This document shows positions 13,176-23,029 of a stretch of 64,000 nucleotides of DNA, in pieces (position 1 is the stretch's first letter; the number at the start of each line of letters is the position of its first letter). Both the position numbers and the translations under genes were made by a program. Below the pieces are notes generated by a model. That model had not been told where the DNA came from, did not search any database, and saw only the letters and a program-made list of their open reading frames with translations. The stretch lies in contig CM039001.1 in assembly GCA_017499595.2 (NCBI GenBank), forward strand, positions 3,348,001 to 3,412,000. The letters run 5' to 3'. The stretch is from Psilocybe cubensis (taxonomy: Eukaryota).

Positions 13176-14936
13176 TACTGATGTTGTACGCGGCCCATCT
13201 TGAAACAGGACAACGATTTTCAAAAAATACTTGATCAAATTCTAATATATTGGTATGATGCGATTTGATTAAGTTGACAAGGTATGATACTTTCGGATTC
13301 GATTATGCTGCATCAGCACGCTAATCCTAAGTGCTCCTAGATATTGCTTCAAGAAAATTAAATCAAGTGACGTAGCAATAGGCGGGGCTCCCCCACCCCA
13401 GACCATTTATCGTGCATACCCCGCGGCGGAAGTGTTCCGACATCGGAGGATGACAATTGATATAGTTCACTTTTACGGGTTTGTTTAACATCGTGTGCGA
13501 TTTTTCTAATTCTTATGGCGTCTACTTTTCTGGGTATAGAACACATCATGCCATAGACACATTATTATGATGTCCCGAATGTGTGTTATCGTCGAGTAAC
13601 GATAGCATTGCTGTTCCAAACGGCAGGCCTATCTCAAGCCACACTGCCGCATACATCGGATTGTACCTGCTAGCCGCTAGAACGCCACGAGGAGTTATTC
13701 AAGCGGCTGTCCCCTCGGTCAATGATGTGCAAGGCTGGTGGTTGGCTGGTAGTACCCATTTCCTCCAAAAGGTAGGAGTCATACTCTGTGAATTTTTACT
13801 GCGAGCAGGTAAACCCAGCTATAGCATCTTAGCAAATATCCAAAGCGCATACCTTTCAGTAACGAAGCGTTTAGGCTATCATCGCTGCCGCCTTCTGCCG
13901 CATTGAAGTGTGGGTTGCCGTATTAGTATTGTACCTGGAAAGGAGAATCTGCCATTCGATTTGTTGTTTATTGTGGACCAAACGCTGGTAAGTATGAGCA
14001 GAATTTTATGATCGGCTTGTGTGTACAACCTCCACCGTTTTATGTCAGGTGTATACCCACATCAGTCTTAGGAAGCGATTCCATTACTTCCCACTACAAT
14101 TGCAAGGCGTGCGTGACACACCTCCAAGATTCAATTTCACTATTGTCAACATTCATTGGCTCATTATGCTTTTAAAGGACAATGGATCAACGGTGGATAT
14201 ATCTAGCTGGCAATGATTGGACGGAAATAGCTGATGTTGTCAGACCCATGTGCACGGCCAGACATGGTCAATGATCAAACATAGTTCAGAGCTGTCCACA
14301 AACATTGACACTGTGGTCCTCCCTGTGAGTTCCGAGTAGAGGCTAGCCCTCGTCATAACGCGATATGTCATAGCGGACAACTGTGGAAACCGCCGTCTGG
14401 TATCGCCCCTTTTCCCATATTCAATCATCCTTTTCCGAGAGAAGCATCCAACGAAGTGGTCATATCATCATTCAGACAAAGTTGCCCAGACATCAGCTTC
14501 TTTCTAATCTCGTCTTTGATCAAGCCCCATCAAATCAGGTCTGAATGGATCTGCAATGTGCACCTTTTTCGTCGACCACTAAGTTTAGTCACGTTCCGCG
14601 ACATACCCCCGAGAGGCTACAGCATCATAGGGACGGCTTCTTTCTCTCAAGTTTCCGGTGGCACACATGAGCATCCCCACGCCCTGTATGTTACGTAGGG
14701 ATACCGAGATCTCAGATTTTGTGGCTAATCTTTTCTGTGTTTTTTTATCGCGAACCTTACCGATCGCTTTTCAAATAGGTCCACATTCGTCTTACGGATG
14801 AGTGCCCCCGATTGACCCAACTGGATTGTTCCCATAAATGTCCTAGGGACAAACTCGTGGCTTTTCTCTTAAGAGCTTGACGAGACCAGCCAATGTGGTC
14901 GCCAACCTCCAATTTTCTACCCTCCTCCAATCCCCC

Positions 14937-16030
14937 ATGCCTTCTCCTCTCCTCTCTCGCCTAGGCAGCTCGATGCAGGCCACATCGTCAAGGCTAGGAT
15001 ACCATGCCTACACTATCTTCCTTTTCACTAAGTCGGACATCAAGACAACATTGATTCCCGTGGTATGCGCGTCTCTTTTATTTTATTCCTCATTGATTTA
15101 CCATTGATGGTTCAATTTTAGGGCTGCTTTGCTCTCGGTGCCGCCCCGCTCTCCCCCACTAATTCATTATCCCACGCCGTGCAAGCCATATTTTGGCTAT
15201 GGCTACACCTCCTTCATTTCAATCTTGCGAATCAAGTACATGATCCAGAGGAGGACATGATCAACAAGCCATGGCGACCCATTCCCACCGGTCGTATCAC
15301 TCTTGCACAGGCAACCGTTCTCCGATATCTTGCGCCATTCGTATGCATGGCAGTCTCGTTACTCTATAGCCGTGCAGTGTTCTATGCTGCATTAATCTTT
15401 GCTATTCTCGTCCCCATTTACCATGAAGCGAAGGGTGACTCCCACTGGCTCTCTCGCAACTTCATGAATGCCTTTGGATATGCATGTTTCTCGACAGGCT
15501 CAACTTTGATTGCATGTTAGAGTCTTTCATCAAACTTTGTTTATTTTCGTCATCGCTAACTTTCTCTCCTTTTAGCACCAAACAGAGCGCAGCTCGATGT
15601 TCCGGGGGCGCTGTCAATATTTACCATTACAGCTATCCTAGCTACGACTATTCAGGCCCAAGACTTCCAGGATGTCATCGGCGACATTAAAACAGGAAGA
15701 TTGACATTGCCGATAGCCTTTCCCAATTTTTCTCGATATACTCCTATGGTGTCCCTTCTTCTCTGGGTACCTTATTTGACTTCTGTCTGGGAGATCGGCA
15801 CTGTTGGAACCATTGCCTTCACGGTTCTGACCATTATCGTTGGTCTGAGGTATCTCCTTCTCAGATCAACGAAGGACGATCAATTATCTTACGTCTGGTA
15901 CAATGTGAGTAGACAATTTTTATTCCATTCTTGTTCTCGATGTTGAACCTTTTGATTCAAGGTTTGGCTTGCCATTGCATTCTCCATGCCTGGATACTGG
16001 CGTTACTACAAGGAATCCGCTGCCCTGTAA
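14937..16030 (+). CDS. UbiA-superfamily membrane prenyltransferase / candidate UbiA-type terpene cyclase, 4 exons, copy A
   Basis: Motifs FLFTKSDIKT, NLANQVHDPEEDMINKPWRPIPTGRI and QAQDFQDVIGDIKTGRLTLPI. Several hydrophobic segments and three short GT-AG introns. Ends YYKESAAL* at 16030. Confidence 0.88.
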
Positions 16031-16636
16031 TCCATGATCATGAGGCATCCAATGTCTACCACCCTTTGTAATTGTCCATAGCGTGTACTGTACCAGTTCC
16101 TATCAGTTCCTCCTCGCCTGTTGAAGTTACCCATCCAACATCATCCTAACTACACCGACTATAACCTGCTATAAATCGACACGTCACCAGCAACAACCAC
16201 CTGTATTCTTCCATCACGACCCACTACGATAACCCACCGCCTCACGCTGACGATTTCCGATTGACTCCGCAAACTTTCTTGTGCTTTGTACAATTTTCAC
16301 AATTTCCAACCTTTCCAACCTTTTTCAACTCAGCATCATTATTTGTCCAGTAATTTGTAATTGTACACCCCAACCTTTTGATCTCAGTCCAAATGCTTTA
16401 TCACATTTTCCCCGCAGCATCCTATCGCCCTGACTCCTGATATTCTGTGCAATGCTTTTTACGTCGCTGTCCGCTGTACTTACTTATCTACAGTAGTTTA
16501 TGATCTAACTTGTACCGTATGTAACGAATCCCAGAACACCTGTTCCCGTTGATGACTTCACAATCTTGCTACGATTCCACGCACCGTCGGGCTAGAAGGA
16601 CATCAAATATTTAAATATTCAATAATGTACAATGGG

Positions 16637-17839
16637 AGGACCCCTGACAATAGGCCCAGAGGACGTTCCCGAAAAAGGTCGATTTTTGGGTTTTTTGTCC
16701 GTCGCGATTTTCAAAATTTCTGTCCGGATATAGAACGACCTACCAATTTTTTCAAAAATTTGTCCGGAAATCGGGAACAACCCTCGGGAGGCCCAATTTG
16801 TGTCCGGACAGGCCTAAAAATCGATTTTTTCGCCGCTGCGCGCGTTCAGCTGAGTTCAGTCGCAAATGGGACGCTTCAGAACAATGTTAAGAATCACTGT
16901 AATAAAAAAAAAACCTGCCTAGTACAATACAAAACCATAAAACGAGTATGCGATGCAAAAAAAGCTATGTACTACTATCTAGGTTTCGCTTTGCAAACAT
17001 TTTCATCGCTTTTTTGATGCTCCCTACTCCCTCAACCAATGTCTTGTAAAGCGAAATATCTTGCGCATGAACTTCAAAACCTGCTGCAGTGACAGACAAG
17101 GGTTTATGATAGAGGAGGGTGAGTAACTTGCAGGAAGGCAGGTGTGCAAATTCAGATACATTGAGCAAGGCAGTTTTGGTGGGTCTTGCAGTGAAGTAGA
17201 GGCCATGACTGTGCTCGAAGACTTGAAAAGATGCTTTTGAAAGGGCACAGACATTGGTAGTAGTCGCAACCGGCTGGTTTCGTGAGTGCTTTCCGTTTGG
17301 TTTCTCACTCAAAGCAATGACTAAAGTACGGCGTGATCATTAGTCACTACATCGAAACAGCTCCAACTGATAGTCCACTTTACCTTTGCCAATCTGAATC
17401 CTATCATCAAGAAAAAGGAACTACAATTGAATGTGTGATGCAGAAAATCTATGTAATAATATCTAAATTTCGCTTTGCAAACATTTTCATTGCCTTTTTT
17501 ATTCTCTTGAACTATGGGTTTACTAAGGGCAAAATACTAAAAAGGCGATATTGAGATTAGAAACAACGACGTAGTATCACAATACGAAGGGCGGGAGCGA
17601 CTACACGCTCAGCCTCTATACTAACCGATGACTTATATTTTGAGGGTCGTTGATCACGATATATGTCCGGTTTTTGGATCGACCTCGGCGGTCCTGCAAC
17701 TTTTCTGTCCGGATTTTTGGAACGACATTTTGCTCAAAATCTGGGATTTCTGTCCGGTTTCGGAACGTCCGAAGGGGTCGATTTTCAAAATTTTTGTCCG
17801 TCCGACGGAACGTCCTCTGGGCCTATTGTCAGGGGTCCT
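16637..17839. mobile_element. 1203-bp non-autonomous TIR DNA transposon with 8-bp TSD, copy A
   Basis: Perfect 33-bp TIR AGGACCCCTGACAATAGGCCCAGAGGACGTTCC. TSD ACAATGGG at 16629-36 and 17840-47. Subterminal TGTCCG motifs at both ends. Internal 115-aa minus-strand ORF fragment at 16965-17312. Confidence 0.93.
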
Positions 17840-18040
17840 ACAATGGGCTTGTCGTAGCACGTCAATTATCAGCTGATTCCGGCGCTATTTAATTTTGGCC
17901 ATGCAATTGAAAATAACAGGCTATGAAATGCTTATATACAAATGGTATCAATTAAGAAGGATTCTAAAGGAATAGAAGTAAAATAGGGCGCCAGTAGCCT
18001 CCAAGAATACAATACATGTAAAAGAAATTTGAAGGGAAAA

Positions 18041-19873
18041 TTACTTCTTGACAGGGGCTTTCTTCTTCTTTGGCGCTTTGATAAGAGAGTCTTTGGTTAT
18101 ATCTTCATCTAGGTCCTTGTTCTTCTCATCCTCTGAAACGTCATCTATCACATCATCAACCTATAATGACAACGTGGCCAGTCAGAAACGTGGAATCATG
18201 CATGTTCTATAACCTACGAAGGCCTCTTCCAGGTCTGGGGCTGGGCCACCGGCAAGTTTCTTCGGAACCTTTCCTAAGTCTTGCGCTTTATGGAACGGTA
18301 TAGGATGTTCGGAGGCGTTGTACCTTTATTAGATCACCAATTAGTCATCGAAAAAAATTAGCGCCCCTTGGTACACACTTTCGCGTCAAGGCTGTCTTTG
18401 TGGCCGTCGAAATTTTCTTCATGATAACATCGTCTTTCTTTTCGTCAACGCCCAGTTCGATAATAGTATCCCAGTCTTCTTTCGAAATGTAATATTCATC
18501 CATACGCTCAATGACTTCATCGACAGCACTCTGCCAGGATGTGGTTAACTGTTGACCTTTTTTTTTTTTGGGAGGATAGACTAAAGACGAGATACTCACA
18601 ACACCTTCGTCCATGAGTGGTTTGACCATGTATGGGAACAAGGATGGAATATATGATTGTCTGATCTCGGTTTTATCGCCTGATACTTTCAGTCGCATTC
18701 GGATTTGAACGTCGCCTAGTTGTCGGGCGAGTTTGTTCTGTTTCGAATTTTGGCCAAGCCACCTAATTAATAATTAAGCGCCTTGCACAACCAACACATC
18801 AGGAAAACGATTGAAAACATACTGAGGGAATGACATCGCATTTGGGCCTCCATAACCTGCACCGTTTCCGTATAGGTTATATGTAGGGGTGACGGTAGAG
18901 CAAATCGCATGCAACGGCATCAGTCCCCAATGTTGTTCAGGCCTGAGTGAATATCGACGATTACATCAGTTATTAAGCATTCACTTGCCTCGTGTTAAGA
19001 AGAGTAAAATGCACGCACCCGTGAATCAATGCGTCCACAAGATCTCCGTCTGAGATGGACGAAGCGGCGCGATCCATTAGCTGAAGTTCTCTCAAAATTT
19101 TCTCTGGCCCTTCAAGATTACGAATCCGAGCAGGTTCTGTTTTCAGATAATTTTCCTACCGATCCGTGAATACACCTCCGCGGATAACGTACGACGAATA
19201 CTTCATACCTGGATGAATAAAGGAACAAATGAATGATCCTGGAAATAATAATCCATTTTGTCTCCCAAAGTTTCTCGTGAAGTCGGTGAGTAGACATATG
19301 GGCCTAATAGTTTTGAGGTGATGTCAAAAGGACTTAAAATAGAGTACTTCTGATTCATCTTGGCACTAAAACGGGGACGCATGACAGTCTTGCTTTGTAG
19401 TGATAAGCGCACGGCGGAATAGAGTTACTCACAGGTCTTTTCCCTCGTCGAAGTCCATGGTGTCACTCGACAATTTCCATGTTGAGAGCATGTTGAGTAC
19501 TTGGCGAATATCTGATTGTGCCCCATTGATGAGTTGGTCAATAACGTTGGCGGGTATTTTCATCTTCTCCCTTCGGAAGAATAAGAATCAAGCCATGAGG
19601 TAATTGATGACTTGTCACTTACTTGAAAGCGATGGTAAGAATTCTTGATCGTATCGATTGCGCGGGAGGCCTTGAAACGAGTAATACTCAGTGATACATA
19701 AGCGTTTAATTATATTTTCAGACATACTTGTGAAAGGGGAGGCTAAAGGTCGTAGCCATCAAGGGCTTTAGCTTTTGCGCCTGGCGATCATTGGCAATGC
19801 AGATGATAGGAATCTGCTAGAAAATTAAGTCCGCTGACCTAAGAATTAGGCAACGGTGCGGACCTTGGTTTTC
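18041..19873 (-). CDS. RFC1: Replication factor C large subunit, 3' portion only; cut by the assembly gap
   Basis: Identical to the 3' part of the full gene at 59488-63555 (KSDIRQVLNML-type region, DYYFQDHSFVPLFIQ, MDEYYISKEDWDTI). Confidence 0.92.
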
Positions 19874-19973
19874 NNNNNNNNNNNNNNNNNNNNNNNNNNN
19901 NNNNNNNNNNNNNNNNNNNNNNNNNNNNNNNNNNNNNNNNNNNNNNNNNNNNNNNNNNNNNNNNNNNNNNNNN
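19874..19973. other. Assembly gap of exactly 100 N
   Basis: A run of 100 N. The round size suggests a placeholder for a join of unknown length. Confidence 0.99.
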
Positions 19974-20172
19974 TAACCCTAAACCCTAAACCCTAAACCC
20001 TAAACCCTAAACCCTAAACCCTAAACCCTAAACCCTAAACCCTAAACCCTAAACCCTAAACCCTAAACCCTAAACCCTAAACCCTAAACCCTAAAACCCT
20101 AAACCCTAAACCCTAAACCCTAAACCCTAAACCCTAAACCCTAAACCCTAAACCCTAAACCCTAAACCCTAA
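19974..20172 (+). repeat. Telomeric array (CCCTAAA)n = TTTAGGG type, about 28 units, oriented as a left chromosome end
   Basis: Nearly perfect tandem heptamer at the start of the contig. One CCCTAAAA variant near 20091-20100, and TTAGGG-like 6-mer units at both extremities. Confidence 0.96.
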
Positions 20173-21513
20173 CCAACCCACACTCGAGGGTCGTAAACTT
20201 TCTTGTTGGGCTTGTCAGCACCCTCAGGGTTACCGACCTGAGTTTGGAGATAATCCTTCTTTTTGAAAATGAAGTCCCGGATACCGACGAGATACGCAAA
20301 TTGGGTATCGGTGTCGACATTCATCTTGACAACACCATGTCCAACAGCGGTGGAAATTTCCTCCTTTGTTGAACCAGAACCACCGTGGAAGACGAGATAG
20401 AGTGGCTTGGTATCCTTCTTGCCTATCTGCTCAGCGGTATATGCCTGATGGTTGCCCAAAATCTCGGGTTGAAGCTTGACATTTCCTGGCTTGTAAACAC
20501 CGTGGACGTTGCCGAAGGCGGCGGCGATGCTGAAGTTAGGTCCGATGGCGCTCAAAGCCTTGTAGACATCGTAGATGTCATTGGGTTGTGTGTACAGGCT
20601 TGCGTTATCGACGCCAGTGTTGTCAACACCGTCTTCCTCTCCACCTGTAATACCGATTTCCATCTCGAGCCAGAGCCCGAGGGGAGCCATCCGCTTGAAG
20701 TATTTGACACAGGTGGCGATGTTTTGCTCTTTGGGTTCTTCGGAGAGATCGAGCATGTGGGACGAGAACAAAGGTTCCTGGTGCTCCTTGAAGTAAGCTT
20801 CATCAGCCTCAAGCATTCCATCGAACCAGGGGAGGAGCTTCTCCGCGCAGTGGTCGCTGTGCATGACGACGGGACTGGATAGAGCATGAGGGCTTGTTGC
20901 CATACCCCAAAAATATGGTACTTACACGCCGTAAGCCTTCGCCATCAGGCGGACATGGTGAGCAGCGCTGATAGCGCCCAAAATCGACGCCTGCTGCTTG
21001 TCATTGGCAAGGCCCTTGCCTGCAAAGTAGGCAGCACCGCCCTGGGAGACTTGGATGATGATGGGAGATTTGATGTCACTATCATCAAGATAAGATAAGA
21101 ATAGACAGGAAACTTCGGCTATTTGACTCTGGTCACTCACCGAGCGGCTTCGAGAACTGCATTGGCTACCGATGTGGAGGTGACATTCTGCGGGTAAAAC
21201 CGGTCAGAAAATGCAACGAAGATGATATGTAGACAACTCACGATGGCCTACAGAAGCTCAGATCAAAGTTAGGGGCTATCCATTTCAGAACTTACTGGGA
21301 TTGCAAACTGCATACGTCAAGTCAGAAAAAGCAACATAAAAATCCCCAGTCAAATCACGTACCTTGTGTTCTTTGGCATAATCGAAGAGTTTGCGAACAT
21401 TGTCGCCAGTCAAAACACCTGCCTGATGACGTAGACAACGATCCAAAGATGATCAGTCATATCGCCCAGAGCAACAGGATATGACCTACAGGTACGACGT
21501 CGAGGACACCCAT
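20169..21513 (-). CDS. FBA1: Fructose-bisphosphate aldolase class II, 3'-truncated by the telomere array
   Basis: MGVLDVVPAGVLTGD start. Motifs HSDHC, FSSHMLDLSEE, EMEIGITGGEEDGVDN, FGNVHGVYKPG, VFHGGSGS and KMNVDTD. Ends NKKVYDPRVWVG* where homologues continue with about 20-25 more residues (VREGEK...). Confidence 0.95.
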
Positions 21514-23029
21514 ATTTGAGAATTGGTCGTGGAGGTTCGGGATAAAGCAATGGAAGGTACGCGGCGGGGGGCTTTTATAGCAACGCAGATGCGATGTCTG
21601 AAATCGATGTCATCTGCGATCATGTGATCTGACCCATCGGTGAGCCGCGCCCCTTTCTGGGCAGCGGTTCACATCGTTCGTAAGAGATTTCGCATGGTAA
21701 TCAATGGTACTAGGTAAGTCATATCCGTTATCTGTCGGACCAGAGCTGCCCAGGGTCTATAGCTTGGTTTGGGGCAATTTAACGGAGTTCATTGGGATAC
21801 AGGTTAGGGACGCCCGTTTAGGCGCGAGTACGTGAGTACTCCGTGTTATTAAAGCCGAATCAAAGCCGATTCATCGCGGAGATAATATCATGGCCAGTTA
21901 GTCCTCTATCAATGGGAAAGAGCCAATCAGAGACCTTATTTTGCATTCGAGCCTATAATATATGCTTGAATGGGACTAGTCCTTTACCATTTACCTGCAT
22001 ATCAAGTAATCCCGACAAAATCACAGCATAGAAATATCTGTTCTCTGTAACACAATGAAGTGAATAATAACACATTCTTCCCTTGCTACTTTTGTATTTA
22101 TAAGCACGTTTAAACAGTATCTATTCAGTGTACTTATCACCAATCAAACCTAGAGGAAGATAAATAGGGAATAAGTGGATTACCTCCAATGATTGAGCAA
22201 TTATTCTGAAGTTCTTGACTCATTTCAGATTTACTACTCCCAGGATTGCACAACCGGAATGTTGAATTAAAAAAATTAAGTTAAAACCGCGAACATTATT
22301 GATTCGTATCATTACATGCGTGCTAGGATAATTTGATACTAGTCGAATGACAAACGCTGAACATACACCTACTGGGATACACTAAAGCTCTAGGTAACTC
22401 AGATTACCAAGTGATTTTGGAGTGATTCGGTACTTTTATCTTGTAGCATCTTTGCTGCAAGTTTTTAGTAATGAAATTTATTGAAGTTCACCACACTTCT
22501 TTAAGCGTCTGCGATCCTGAAAGGCTATCAAGTAAGAAAATAACAAAGAATCTAAACAGTTCAATGCCAGTAGAATAAAAAATAGAGTATGCCTTGATAT
22601 TGCTTCAAACTTGCACTGCTTAACATGCCTAACATAGGTGCTATGTGAGAAAATCATAAATGCGTTTGATATAGCCACTATACCCTAAATCTCATGGTTT
22701 TAAAAATCACACGAACGGGAACAATATATTTATTTACGGAGACGGATCGCGGAGAGCCCTTTGACAATTGTTTGTCCTCTTTCCATAGATAGAAGTAGCG
22801 TCACACATCATCTGACCATCACATCATGCTTATTGTCACACGCTGCTTTAGATTTCGCCAGCGCAATGGACACGTCGTTGGTTTATTCTCCACAAAGACG
22901 CTTGGAATCCGTTCCTTCAAATCCCCTCCTTTTCTCTGTCTGACATCGATACGTAACTTAATATTTGTAACCTTCGAAGGCCCGCAATCCCACAGCAACC
23001 TGGTCGCCAAACACTAAAATCTAGCCACA

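Larger units (their letters stand above)
1..19873 (+). repeat. Copy A of a ~19.3-kb near-identical direct duplication; probably extends left of the window and ends at the assembly gap inside RFC1
   Basis: Sequence and ORF track recur at offset +42041 before the MITE and +41447 after it. ORF translations are identical, and spot checks (e.g. the 12-T run in an RFC1 intron) match. Confidence 0.97.

Noticed and set aside
13358-14698. Several 60-107-aa ORFs upstream of the UbiA gene
   Set aside because: No homology signal or splice-consistent model; probably intergenic.
16625-17892. ORFs across the element ends (16625-17017, 17628-17892) as a transposase
   Set aside because: They translate TIR and subterminal repeats and show no DDE-type motifs.
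19974-20172. CRISPR array or ordinary microsatellite
   Set aside because: There are no spacers and the context is eukaryotic. The unit, strand polarity and contig-terminal position fit a telomere.
20385-20887. Long antisense and alternative-frame ORFs over FBA1
   Set aside because: These are shadow ORFs expected from the codon bias of a highly expressed gene.
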